In this document: positions 19,223-28,841 of the stretch, piece after piece
How the letters are laid out: the number at the start of each line of letters is the position of its first letter
How positions within the stretch are numbered: position 1 is the first letter of the stretch
Assembly (NCBI GenBank): GCA_965116435.1
Contig: OZ220686.1
Coordinates: 325,005-389,004, forward strand
Source: Rhodothermales bacterium
Lineage (GTDB): Bacteria; Bacteroidota; Rhodothermia; Rhodothermales; VXPQ01
Direction: 5' to 3'
DNA: 64,000 nucleotides
Translations under genes and position numbers: made by a program
The notes under the pieces: model-generated
What the model was told of the DNA's origin: nothing
The model's input: the letters and a program-made list of their open reading frames with translations, nothing else
The model's database searches: none

Positions 19223-20347
19223 ATGGCGCATATTCGGCTTGAAAACATTTCCAAGGTGTATGGTAGGCAGGTGGAGGCCGTCCGGGATGTGACGTTTGAA
19301 GTCCAGGACGGAGAATTCATCGTGCTGGTGGGGCCTTCGGGATGCGGCAAGAGCACGGTGCTTCGCATGATTGCGGGCCTCGAATCGATCACCGAGGGCG
19401 CGTTGTACATCGACGGGCGCAGTATGCATCGCGTCCCCCCGAAAGACCGGGACGTGGCCATGGTGTTTCAGAATCAGGTCTTGTATCCGCACATGACCGT
19501 GTTCGACAACATGGCTTTCGGACTCAAACTGCGCGGATACGGCAAGGACGAAATGGGGCGGCGAGTACGGGAAGCCGCAGAACTCCTCGGCGTCGAACCC
19601 ATCTTGGACCGGAAGCCGGAGCAACTGTCCGGCGGTCAGCGGCAGCGCGTCGCCGTGGGCCGGGCCATTGTCCGCAATCCTCGCCTATTCCTCTTCGACG
19701 AACCGCTCGCCAGCCTCGACGCGGGGCTACGCGGAAAAATGCGGGCCGAACTGGCCCGGCTGCACGCCCGGTCAGGAACGACCATGATCTACGTGACGCA
19801 CGATCAGGTCGAAGCCATGACCCTCGGCGACCGGATCGTCGTGCTGGACAAGGGGCGCATCCAGCAGATTGACGCACCCCTTGCGCTCTACCGGCGGCCC
19901 GCCAACCGGTTTGTCGCCGGATTCGTCGGAAGTCCGCCCATGAATTTCATTGAGGGGCGCCTGGTCCCGCAGCACGGCGGAGCCGCTGCGTTCGAAGCGG
20001 AGGGCGGCACGCTCTGCATTCCCTTGCCGGCATCCGTTTCTGCGGCGGCTTCCCGGATCGGACAACCCGTAACGCTGGGCGTACGTCCCGAAGATATCCG
20101 TCCGGTCGCGGATACCCCGCCCGCATACCCGGTATGCGAGGCCGATTTTCTGCTGGACGTGGTGGAGCCTATGGGGCACGAAACCGTATTGTGCGCCCGA
20201 ACCGGCGCCCAGGACCTTCGTGCGCGCATCGCCGCGCCCGCGCCGCGCCTGCAAACCGGTCCCGATCGCTCTGTACGCCTTGCCCTGGACCTGCGAGCCT
20301 TGTATTTCTTCGACCGGACGACCGGAAAGCGCCTGCATCCCGCATAA
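19223..20347 (+). CDS. ABC transporter ATP-binding protein, MalK/UgpC/MsmX family (orphan, no adjacent permease)
   Basis: Walker A GPSGCGKST, signature LSGGQRQRV, Walker B LFLFDEPL, and a C-terminal TOBE-like regulatory domain. 374 aa. Confidence 0.9.
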   Translation: MAHIRLENISKVYGRQVEAVRDVTFEVQDGEFIVLVGPSGCGKSTVLRMIAGLESITEGALYIDGRSMHRVPPKDRDVAMVFQNQVLYPHMTVFDNMAFGLKLRGYGKDEMGRRVREAAELLGVEPILDRKPEQLSGGQRQRVAVGRAIVRNPRLFLFDEPLASLDAGLRGKMRAELARLHARSGTTMIYVTHDQVEAMTLGDRIVVLDKGRIQQIDAPLALYRRPANRFVAGFVGSPPMNFIEGRLVPQHGGAAAFEAEGGTLCIPLPASVSAAASRIGQPVTLGVRPEDIRPVADTPPAYPVCEADFLLDVVEPMGHETVLCARTGAQDLRARIAAPAPRLQTGPDRSVRLALDLRALYFFDRTTGKRLHPA

Positions 20348-20377
20348 TCCACGCCTTCCGGGGCCGCCGGCCCGCAA

Positions 20378-20520
20378 CCGCCGCGCTGGCATGGTTCACA
20401 ATCTTATTCCGGGACCTCCTGCGCCCGTCATCCCCTTAATTTGTCCTGCCGCCCGCCGCGCTGGCATGGTTCGCAAGCGCATTTCGGGACCTCTCACGCC
20501 CGTCATTCCCTTAATTTTTA
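20378..20520. repeat. Tandem repeat with a 75-bp unit, about 1.9 copies
   Basis: CCGCCGCGCTGGCATGGTTC.CAA......TT.CGGGACCTC....GCCCGTCAT.CCCTTAATTT occurs at 20378 and again at 20453, in an intergenic position. Confidence 0.8.
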
Positions 20521-20693
20521 TGAAAAAGTCTCCGTTTTTCTATGGGAAAGTCCCCTGTTGCCCTGTTTTCGCGCTTGCTTGACAGATTCCGTATTCGTAA
20601 CATCCATATCCTTCGCAGGACGCCTCCGCGCCGCATCCTTGCAGATACAAGCGCAGAGGCCCCTGCATGTTTCTCTAAACGACCCTCAATACC

Positions 20694-21227
20694 ATGTTCA
20701 AAAAACTTTTCGCTATACCGCTGGCGCTGATCGTCGCCGGATTGGCTCCGATAACCGTTCAGGCCCAGTCAAGCCAGGACGAGATCGCCTCCGAGGTGGA
20801 CGCCGTGCTGGACAACGTCGTGGCCCTGGCCGAAGTCTTTCCCGCCGAGCAGTACGACTGGGCGCCCACCGACGTCGTGTTTTCGTTCCGGCGCCATGTC
20901 GTGCATGTGGCGCAAGCATCCTATGGCTTTGCGGGATTCGTGGGCATAGACGTGCCGGAGGACCTTGATGTGCAAGGCGCGCTGGAAAATATGACGACCA
21001 AGGAAGACGCGGTTGCATTCCTGAAAGACGCCCAGGCGTTTACGGTTTCCAGCATTCGCGGGCTTTCGGACGAAGCGATGGAATCCATGGTGGATTTGTA
21101 CTTTACCGACGAGGATAGAACCACCCGCGCGGCCCTGCTCATTTACCTGCGGCATAGCTCCGAACATCTCGGTCAACTGATTGCCTACGCCCGCATGCAG
21201 GACATCGTCCCGCCCTGGAGCGAATAG
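20694..21227 (+). CDS. DinB-family protein with signal peptide
   Basis: 177 aa with signal peptide FAIPLALIVAGLAPITVQAQ. It has the four-helix DinB-like pattern, with His residues in RRHVVHVAQ and LRHSSEHLGQL. Confidence 0.65.
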   Translation: MFKKLFAIPLALIVAGLAPITVQAQSSQDEIASEVDAVLDNVVALAEVFPAEQYDWAPTDVVFSFRRHVVHVAQASYGFAGFVGIDVPEDLDVQGALENMTTKEDAVAFLKDAQAFTVSSIRGLSDEAMESMVDLYFTDEDRTTRAALLIYLRHSSEHLGQLIAYARMQDIVPPWSE

Positions 21228-21252
21228 CGAATACGAGCATACGCTGCGCGAA

Positions 21253-22305
21253 ATGCCTATGTCTGAGATATCCAGAAGAACGTTTCTGAACTGGTCCGGC
21301 GCGGCCGCTGTCGCTTCGACGGCGGGCTTGCCTCACCCGTTGCGCGCCGGGTCGCGCCGGACGACGCCTCGCGCCATACGCCAGGCCCTGCCTGTCGTCA
21401 TTGCGTCCGGCAACGGCCTCCGGGGCGTCGAAAAGGCGTACCGGATGATGACGGAGGAGGCCGCGGATCCGCTGGACGCCGCCCTTGCCGGCGTCAACAT
21501 TCAGGAACTGGACCCTTCGGACCAGAGCGTAGGGCTGGGCGGTTTGCCGGACGAACGGGGCGTCGTGACCCTCGATGCTTCGCTCATGCACGGCCCCACC
21601 CGTCGGGCCGGGGCGGTCGCCGCGCTGGAGGATATCGCAACGCCTTCCCTGGTCGCCAAAGCCGTAATGGAGTACACCGACCATGTGATTCTGGTGGGGA
21701 AGGGGGCGCGAGATTTCGCCATTCGCATGGGATTCACGCCGCAAAACCTGCTCACGGAGCAAAGCAGGCAGGACTGGCTGGCCTGGAAAACTCGTCTGAA
21801 CCCCCGCGACAACTGGCTGGAATGGCCGGAGGCGGCGGCAAAACACACGGACGGCACCATTCACATGAGCGCCGCGACCGCCGCGGGAGACTTGTGCTCG
21901 GTCACGACCACCAGCGGACTGGCCTGGAAAATCCCCGGGCGCATAGGGGACAGCCCCATCGTGGGGGCCGGGCAATACTGCGACAACACAGTAGGTTCTG
22001 CCGGAGCGACCGGGCGCGGCGAAGCGGCTATCCAGTGCTGCGGATCGTTCCTGGCCGTGGAATTCATGCGCCAGGGGTATGACCCCGAGGACGCGTGCCT
22101 GGAGGTGCTGCGCCGCGTCGTCGCCACAACGGAGCGCCGCTTGCTCGACGACCAGGGCCGCCCGCAGTTCGGACTCAGTTTTTACGCCGTCCGCAAGGAT
22201 GGGGCCTACGGGGCCGCCACAATGTACGAAGGCCCGGAATTCGCCGTCGCCTCGGCAGAAGGCCCCCGCCTCGAACCCATGGCCTTTCTGTATGCGAGAG
22301 ATTGA
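21253..22305 (+). CDS. Ntn-hydrolase of the asparaginase-2 family (glycosylasparaginase / isoaspartyl peptidase), Tat-signal
   Basis: The ORF was trimmed to ATG 21253. It has a twin-arginine leader SRRTFLNWSGAAAVAS, the autoprocessing-site region HTDGTIHMSA, and GDSPIVGAGQYCDN..GSAGATGRGE. Confidence 0.75.
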   Translation: MPMSEISRRTFLNWSGAAAVASTAGLPHPLRAGSRRTTPRAIRQALPVVIASGNGLRGVEKAYRMMTEEAADPLDAALAGVNIQELDPSDQSVGLGGLPDERGVVTLDASLMHGPTRRAGAVAALEDIATPSLVAKAVMEYTDHVILVGKGARDFAIRMGFTPQNLLTEQSRQDWLAWKTRLNPRDNWLEWPEAAAKHTDGTIHMSAATAAGDLCSVTTTSGLAWKIPGRIGDSPIVGAGQYCDNTVGSAGATGRGEAAIQCCGSFLAVEFMRQGYDPEDACLEVLRRVVATTERRLLDDQGRPQFGLSFYAVRKDGAYGAATMYEGPEFAVASAEGPRLEPMAFLYARD

Positions 22306-22383
22306 GCAGGATTGAGGAGCCCGGTTCAGCAAGCCCGCGCTGGCGGGAGTTGGCTGTGTATGCCGCCGAAATCGTCTTTCACA

Positions 22384-22911
22384 TCATCCCCATTTTCTTG
22401 CATACTTGGCCTTGGCATATACTGGGCAGATGAATGTAACCGTAATGCCAATTTCCATTAACGCATTATTATAGCCCCACCATTCGCTGTCTGTCGCTTG
22501 CAGGATCGGTGGCTTTGCCGGGTGCGCATTTGCAACAGCCACAAACTTGTGATCCGATTTGTCGAAATTTTTCAATTTGTCATGGACTGGAAATTCGTCG
22601 TATGAATCACCGTTTTTGGTGATGGTTACCCGGTCATCTTCAGGTAGACCCCAGCGATTATCGTGAACCCACTTCATGAAGGCATTACCCATTCCCTTAC
22701 GACCACTGATGGAAAGATTTTTTAAATATTCGTCATAGATTTCATCCCCGGAATCAATAACTAATGCACCTTTTTTTATAACATGATCAATGGCTTTGAC
22801 ACAATTTTGGACGCAATCGAACAGGTTGTCCGGAATGTCCTCTGAACCGATTGCCAAATTTGCAATCACCGGTACATTCGTGTCCACGATACATTTTGGC
22901 GGCCTATTCAT
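22384..22911 (-). CDS. PIN-like nuclease domain protein (175 aa)
   Basis: The N-terminal sequence CIVDTNVPVIAN is a PIN beta-1 acidic motif. Further conserved-position acidic residues occur in VIDSGDEIYDEY, FDKSDHKFVAVANA and LQATDSEW. The start ATG overlaps the upstream ATPase stop (ATGA). The region is low in GC. Confidence 0.6.
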   Translation of the reverse strand: MNRPPKCIVDTNVPVIANLAIGSEDIPDNLFDCVQNCVKAIDHVIKKGALVIDSGDEIYDEYLKNLSISGRKGMGNAFMKWVHDNRWGLPEDDRVTITKNGDSYDEFPVHDKLKNFDKSDHKFVAVANAHPAKPPILQATDSEWWGYNNALMEIGITVTFICPVYAKAKYARKWG

Positions 22912-24314
22912 CTGGATTCCTCCGGCTTTCCTGCGTGATTTTTGGCACGTTTTTTCAAGGCCGCCAAGGCTTGTTGTGTGATGTCTCCCATCTCATCGCC
23001 AAAGAAATTTTCGGGCCATTCCTTGATGTTTCCAAAGATATCAATTTGAAGGGGATTGAGCGTAGGAGGGGCCTTTGAAATATTCGCAAAATATGCGGAC
23101 ACGTTCTCTTGTGAGACAGCATCCTCAGCAATGCGTCTCTGCAAGCGTCGCAGGAAATATTCCGAGTGGGTTTCAATGATCAACTGGATATTTCTATCCG
23201 CCCCATTTTCTCTGGAATTGATCACGTCAACCAGCACATCGGCCAATGCCGATTGAGCGCTCGGATGCAGATGAATCTCCGGTTGTTCCATGAGAATTAT
23301 CGACCCGGGAGGCGCATAGAAACACTGCACGAGAACCGGCAAAACCTGCGAAATGCCGAAGCCGACATCCGGAAGATCAACCCAGTCCCTTGAACCTTTC
23401 GTACGAAGCTTTACCTCGTATTCTTGCCGCTGTTTGGATATGGGATTGACCTTGAATGCCTCAATCAGGCCCATTGCCTTGAGCTTGCTGGCGATAATTT
23501 CCTCGAAAGATTTGTATCGGCATCTATACCCAATGCTTATTTTTCGGTTTCGTGCCGCGAGAATAGCGGCGACCGTATTTTCTCCCGCATAGCCCACATG
23601 TTCGGGCTCAATGCCTGTCCATGAATACAAACGTTCAGCTTTTGTACGAAGCGGTCCTAAATAACAGATTGATCTGAACAATTTTTCATGGCGCAAGTTT
23701 AGTTGTTGCACAAATTCGGCATTTTGATGATAGGCAACTACCTCGTCAGGGAAGCCATAAAATCGAACCGGCGCCCCGGGATACCAGACACGTCCCTGTT
23801 TACGCTTTAGGGAATAATTCGCGGCTTCAACCTTGTAGGCAGATTTTGCGTCAGACTTTCTTTCCATTCCAATGGAAAGCTGAGTTTTATCATCTCCGAT
23901 CAATTCATATTTAAGCGCATCTACAGCCAATGTATGCCGATCTTTATCTCCCAGCCCCACTCCTACCTCGAACGTCAGTTCGTTTCCCGAGTACAATTGT
24001 TCCGATACGGAATCTTTAATCGTTAGCGAATTCGGCAGCGACCATCGATACTCGAAAGCGATGTTGTTTGCCGGGTCACGGCGAAACACCATCTCCTCGT
24101 AGGAACCAAGCTGAACAGCGGAATTTTTTGCACCAGGATAGAAGACCGCCTTTCGATCTGGAGACTCGACGGTCTGCTTCAGCATCATCAGGAATTGGCT
24201 TATGCTGGACTTGCCGGAGCTGTTAGCGCCAAAGAACAGGGAGATAGGAGCCATGCGAATGGCGCCGGTATCCTTCCAGGCTTTGAAGTTTTGTATTCGT
24301 AACTGCTGTAGCAT
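22908..24314 (-). CDS. ABC/AAA (AAA_15/21-type) ATPase with DUF3696-like C-terminal domain
   Basis: Begins LRIQNFKAWKD, with Walker A GANSSGKSS, Walker B ILMEQPEIHLHP and H-loop IIETHSEYF. The C-terminal tail is LNPLQIDIFGNIKEWPENFFGDE. 468 aa, in a low-GC region. Confidence 0.75.
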   Translation of the reverse strand: MLQQLRIQNFKAWKDTGAIRMAPISLFFGANSSGKSSISQFLMMLKQTVESPDRKAVFYPGAKNSAVQLGSYEEMVFRRDPANNIAFEYRWSLPNSLTIKDSVSEQLYSGNELTFEVGVGLGDKDRHTLAVDALKYELIGDDKTQLSIGMERKSDAKSAYKVEAANYSLKRKQGRVWYPGAPVRFYGFPDEVVAYHQNAEFVQQLNLRHEKLFRSICYLGPLRTKAERLYSWTGIEPEHVGYAGENTVAAILAARNRKISIGYRCRYKSFEEIIASKLKAMGLIEAFKVNPISKQRQEYEVKLRTKGSRDWVDLPDVGFGISQVLPVLVQCFYAPPGSIILMEQPEIHLHPSAQSALADVLVDVINSRENGADRNIQLIIETHSEYFLRRLQRRIAEDAVSQENVSAYFANISKAPPTLNPLQIDIFGNIKEWPENFFGDEMGDITQQALAALKKRAKNHAGKPEESR

Positions 24315-24505
24315 ACTATTGGGAAGCGGCAGAAACGGATTGAAAAACTGGACAGTTACTCAGACGATCTTAAGTGCGGTGCATGCTCCTCTCGAAAAAG
24401 CCCCCTTGCAAGAGACGCTGATCTGTAATATACGTGGTTTGGCGTAAGGTTGTCAAGATTTGAACAGCGCTTTTCATTAAAGTTCAGGATTTCCCTTCTG
24501 ACCGG

Positions 24506-26929
24506 CTACCCCTCAAGTCTTTTCAACAGGATTTTTCGGACCAGGTCGGGTTTTGCGGTTCCGCCGGTGCGTTGCATGACCTGTCCCATGAAGAAGCCGA
24601 GGAGGCCCTTTTTGCCGGAGCGGTAGGCGGCCGCCTTGTCGGGAAAGGCCCGCAACGCTTCGTCCGCGGCGGCGCTCAGCGCATCCGGGTCCGTGACTTG
24701 CCTCCAGCCCTTTTCGTCCACGATGGCGTCGGGGTTTTTCCCGGCGGCCAGCATTTCGGCGAGCACGTCCTTGCCCGTGCGGGCGGAAATAATGTCCTCG
24801 TCCACTAATTCGACGAGGCGGGCCAATTCATTGGGAGGCAACGAGAAAGCGCCTTCTTTCCGTTCGATTTTTTCCCACGGCAATGCGTTGAGTATCCAGT
24901 TCGCGAGGGCGCTTGCGCGCGCGGGATCGTTCGCCGCCGGCGCATGGCAGGCCAGCGTGGCGCGGAAATACTCGTGTGCGTCCGGTTTCTGAGCCAGCCC
25001 AAGCGCCACGTCATCGGGCGCCCCGGATTCCACGTTGGCCGAAAAGCGCGCCCGCTCCTCTTCCGAAAGATTCTCGATCCGTTCGGCAGGCGTGGGCGAA
25101 GGAGCAACCTGTTTCTTGCGCGGGGACGTTGGCGTGGTCGGGGACGTCGTTGTTTCAGCGGCCGGACTTCGGCGTGCATCCCGGCGGCCATGCTCTATCT
25201 TGGCCCAGGTATCCCGCAACGGAACGATCCGGTTGAACACGGGGCGCCCCGGGGTCGAATCCTCCGGGGTCGAATCCTCCGGGGTCCAATCCACCGGGTC
25301 TCTCCAGAAATATCCTTCCCGTTCGAACTGATAGCGCTGCGCGGCGTCGTCCGCCGCCACCCCCGGCTCGATCAGGGCGCGGCGCAACGTCACCAGCGAA
25401 TCGGGGTTCAGGCATTCCACGAAATCCTCTTCGGCCTCCGGGTCCGGCGTGCGGAAAAGCCGGTCGTACAGTCGCACTTCGACAGGAAGGGCCCGCTTCG
25501 CCGAGACCCAGTGGATGACGCCGCGCACCTTCTGTCCGTCGGGCGCGTTGCCGTCGTGCGTTTCCGGTTCGTACGCGCACCGCAATTCGACAACTTCGCC
25601 CGCCTCGTTCCGCACCGCCTCCTCGCACCGGATCACGCCGGCGTATCGCAGGCGCACGGCCCGGCCCGGCGCCAGTCGGTAATAGTTCGCGGGCGGATTT
25701 TCCCGAAAATCGTTCCGGTCGATGTAGAGTTCCCGTCCAAACGGCACGGCCCGCGACCCCTCGCGCGGCACGTCGCGCGGCCAGAAGGGGGCGTCCAGCG
25801 CGTCCTCCCGGTCCGGGGGATAGTTGACGAGGGTCACTTTCAGGGGCCGCAGCACGCACATGACGCGCGGCGCCTCGAAATTCAGCGCGTTCCGAACGGT
25901 GTAATCCAGCAGGTCCATGCCGATGCGGTTATCCGCCCTCGCCACCCCGATTTCCGCGCAGAAGGCCCGGATCGCTTCCGGCGGAACGCCCCGGCGGCGC
26001 AATCCCGCCAGCGTCGGCATCCGGGGATCGTCCCAACCCGCCACATGCCCTTCCTCGACCAGCCGCCGCAATTTGCGCTTGCTCATCACGGTATAATCAA
26101 GGTTGAGCCGCGCAAATTCATACTGCCTTGGACGCGGCGCCTCCACGCACCGGTCCACGAGCCAGTCGTATAATTCCCGGTTGTTGTCGAACTCAAGCGT
26201 GCACAAGGAGTGCGTGACGCCCTCTATGGCGTCCGACAGCGGGTGGGCGAAATCGTACATCGGGTAGATGGGCCACGCATCCCCGGAGCGGTAATGATGC
26301 GCGTGGCGAATCCGGTAGAGGAGGGGGTCGCGCATTTTCATGTTGGGAGACGCCATATCCCCCCGGGCGCGCAAGACATGTGCTCCATCCGCGTATTCGC
26401 CGCGTTTCATGCGGCGAAAAAGGTCCAGATTTTCTTCCGGGGACCGGTTTCTGTAGATGCTCGCCTGGCCCGGCTCCGTCACCGTGCCCCGCGTTGCGCG
26501 AATGGCCGCCTCGTCCTGACTGTCCACATAGGCGTGGCCCGCACGGATCAGGCCCTCCGCAAAGGCATACAGCCGGTCGAAATAATCCGATGCGTAGTAT
26601 TCCCGATCATCCCAGTCGAAACCCAGCCAGCGCACGTCCTGTTTGATGGATTCGACGTATTCGACGTCTTCCGTCTCGGGGTTGGTGTCGTCGAACCGGA
26701 GGTTGCACGCCCCCCCGAAATCCTGCGCCAGCCCGAAATTCAGACAAATGGCCTTGGCGTGCCCGATATGCAGATACCCGTTCGGTTCGGGCGGGAACCG
26801 CGTGGCGACCCGCCCCCCGTACGTATCCTTTCGGAGGTCGTCTTCAATAATTTCCCGGATGAAATGCGAACCCGGTCCGGGCGCGTCGGCGGCGGGAGAC
26901 CGAGGATCGGGCGATTCGGTTTTCGTCAT
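24506..26929 (-). CDS. glnS: Glutamine--tRNA ligase fused to a C-terminal GatB/YqeY-like domain
   Basis: Class I HIGH motif (PEPNGYLHIGHAK) and VMSKR (KMSKS-like), within a GlnRS-type core of about 560 aa. A low-complexity linker (TPEDSTPEDSTPG...TTTSPTTPTSP) follows, and then a YqeY/GatB-C-like tail (..KGLLGFFMGQVMQRTGGTAKPDLVRKILLKRL). Confidence 0.9.
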   Translation of the reverse strand: MTKTESPDPRSPAADAPGPGSHFIREIIEDDLRKDTYGGRVATRFPPEPNGYLHIGHAKAICLNFGLAQDFGGACNLRFDDTNPETEDVEYVESIKQDVRWLGFDWDDREYYASDYFDRLYAFAEGLIRAGHAYVDSQDEAAIRATRGTVTEPGQASIYRNRSPEENLDLFRRMKRGEYADGAHVLRARGDMASPNMKMRDPLLYRIRHAHHYRSGDAWPIYPMYDFAHPLSDAIEGVTHSLCTLEFDNNRELYDWLVDRCVEAPRPRQYEFARLNLDYTVMSKRKLRRLVEEGHVAGWDDPRMPTLAGLRRRGVPPEAIRAFCAEIGVARADNRIGMDLLDYTVRNALNFEAPRVMCVLRPLKVTLVNYPPDREDALDAPFWPRDVPREGSRAVPFGRELYIDRNDFRENPPANYYRLAPGRAVRLRYAGVIRCEEAVRNEAGEVVELRCAYEPETHDGNAPDGQKVRGVIHWVSAKRALPVEVRLYDRLFRTPDPEAEEDFVECLNPDSLVTLRRALIEPGVAADDAAQRYQFEREGYFWRDPVDWTPEDSTPEDSTPGRPVFNRIVPLRDTWAKIEHGRRDARRSPAAETTTSPTTPTSPRKKQVAPSPTPAERIENLSEEERARFSANVESGAPDDVALGLAQKPDAHEYFRATLACHAPAANDPARASALANWILNALPWEKIERKEGAFSLPPNELARLVELVDEDIISARTGKDVLAEMLAAGKNPDAIVDEKGWRQVTDPDALSAAADEALRAFPDKAAAYRSGKKGLLGFFMGQVMQRTGGTAKPDLVRKILLKRLEG

Positions 26930-27031
26930 GATTCATCGTTAAAACACGACCATTCAGCGCATCCGTAGAACGCCTCCGAACCCGAAAAGTCCCTCCGGCG
27001 TTCACAGACCCCGCAGGCGCATCCCCATGGC

Positions 27032-28414
27032 ATGAACCGACTGAACGCGACATCTCCCCCGACCCGACAGCCCGCGCTACGGACACGGCGGGCGCTCGTT
27101 TTTTCCTGGTATTTTCCGCCTATGGGCCTGAGCGGCGTGCAGCGGACGGCCAAGTTTCTGAAATACTTGCCCAGGTACGGCTGGCGATCGACGGTCGTTA
27201 CCTGCCGTCCGCACGGCTATTTCGCCTACGACGACAGCCTGCTTCGGGAGGTGGAGGAGGCGGGCGTAGCGATTCGCCGCGCCCGGTCCTGGGACCCCAC
27301 CCGCCTGTTCGGCGCGCGCGCGGTGGTGCGGATGCCTCGGGAATCCGTGCGGCAGGGCTTGTCTGCGCTCAGTCAATGGATCTTCGTGCCGGACAACAAG
27401 GTAGGGTGGATGGGCCCCGCCGTCGGGCAGGCGCTCGCCGCGCTGCGCGAAACCCCGCACGACCTGATCTATTCGTCCGCCCCGCCGTACGCCTCGCATC
27501 TTGCCGCCGCCCGCCTCGCCCGCAAGACCGGCCTGCCGCTGGTCCTTGATTTTCGGGACGATTGGGTGGGGAATCCGCGCCACATCTACCCAACCCCGTG
27601 GCACCGGGCGCTATCCACCCGGCTCGAAGGGCGCGTCCTCCGCGCGGCGGACCGGGTCGTTGTCATCGGCGACGCCATGAGGGACAGCCTCGCCGGGCGC
27701 CATCCAGACGTTCCGGCCGCCCAAACCATACGCATCCTGCCGCAGGGCTACGATCCTGAAGATTTTACGGGGGCGGCAGACCGACCCAGCCTACCGGGCC
27801 TGCCGGGTCTGGCCCCGGACCCGAACGTATGCATGTTCCTGTACAGCGGCGTCTTCTACCATGCGCAATCGCCCGCGCCGTTCCTGCGGGGCCTTGCGGC
27901 GCTCGCCGAACGGAAACCTGCCCTTCGCAAGCGCCTGCGCGCCGTTTTTGCGGGATTGTTGCCGGAGGCGGCGCAGCGCCTCGTCGAGAGGCTGGGCATC
28001 GGGGATATGGTGCATTATGCAGGATACCTTCCGCACCGGGACGCAGCGCACGCCCTGCTGGCGGCGGATATTCTGTGGATGACCATCGGGCGGGCGCCCG
28101 GCTCCGACCGGATATGGACCGGCAAGATGTACGAATATTTCGGCGCCCGCAAACCGGTGCTGGGCCTTGTGCCGGAAGGCGTGGCGCGCGAGGCGCTCCG
28201 GGAGTACGGCGCGGCGCGCATCGTGGAGCCGGACGCTGCGCCGGACGCCATGGCCGCCGCCATCGAACAGTGCTACGAAGCGTGGCTTGGCGGACGCTTG
28301 CCGCAGCCGGACCCGGCGTGGACCGCCCAATTCGACCGGATTCGCCTTGCCGGTGCGCTGGCGGATATTTTTAACGATATTGTATGCAGAAAAGGAGTAT
28401 CGAACAGCCGCTAA
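27032..28414 (+). CDS. Glycosyltransferase, GT4-like (GT-B fold)
   Basis: 460 aa. The N-terminus FSWYFPPMGLSGVQRTAKFLKYLPRYGW and the C-terminal half are typical of GT4 enzymes (..TGKMYEYFGARKPVLGLVPEG). Confidence 0.65.
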   Translation: MNRLNATSPPTRQPALRTRRALVFSWYFPPMGLSGVQRTAKFLKYLPRYGWRSTVVTCRPHGYFAYDDSLLREVEEAGVAIRRARSWDPTRLFGARAVVRMPRESVRQGLSALSQWIFVPDNKVGWMGPAVGQALAALRETPHDLIYSSAPPYASHLAAARLARKTGLPLVLDFRDDWVGNPRHIYPTPWHRALSTRLEGRVLRAADRVVVIGDAMRDSLAGRHPDVPAAQTIRILPQGYDPEDFTGAADRPSLPGLPGLAPDPNVCMFLYSGVFYHAQSPAPFLRGLAALAERKPALRKRLRAVFAGLLPEAAQRLVERLGIGDMVHYAGYLPHRDAAHALLAADILWMTIGRAPGSDRIWTGKMYEYFGARKPVLGLVPEGVAREALREYGAARIVEPDAAPDAMAAAIEQCYEAWLGGRLPQPDPAWTAQFDRIRLAGALADIFNDIVCRKGVSNSR

Positions 28415-28418
28415 CCCC

Positions 28419-28841
28419 ATGCGCGACAAACCGCCCATGCCGGATATCATGGAACGGACGCTTGCCAGCGAAGCCGCAAGCATCGAACGGATCGTTCCGG
28501 AAACGGAAGCCTTCCTTGCAGGGCGCGTATCCGACGAGGACCTGGCCTATCGCATCGTGCTCCTGACCGTGGAGGCCGTTACGAACGCCATCGAACACGG
28601 AAACCGGTTCGATCCGGCCAAAAAAGTGCATTTCCGGATGCACGCGGAGGGCGCACGGATCGAGGTGGTCGTAGAGGACGAGGGGGAAGGATTCAACCCG
28701 GAAACCTCTGCCGATCCGCGGGCATGCGAAAACCTGTTGCAGGAGGGCGGGCGCGGCCTGCTTTTCATGCAATCCATGGCGAACCAGGTCGTATTCGAGA
28801 ACGACGGCAGGAAGGTGCGTCTCGTTTTCGATGTCGGGTAA
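28419..28841 (+). CDS. Anti-sigma regulatory factor-type Ser/Thr kinase (HATPase_c, RsbW/SpoIIAB-like)
   Basis: The ORF was trimmed to ATG 28419. It has the N-box EAVTNAIEHG, G1 DEGEGF and G2 GGRGLLFM. About 140 aa. Confidence 0.75.
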   Translation: MRDKPPMPDIMERTLASEAASIERIVPETEAFLAGRVSDEDLAYRIVLLTVEAVTNAIEHGNRFDPAKKVHFRMHAEGARIEVVVEDEGEGFNPETSADPRACENLLQEGGRGLLFMQSMANQVVFENDGRKVRLVFDVG

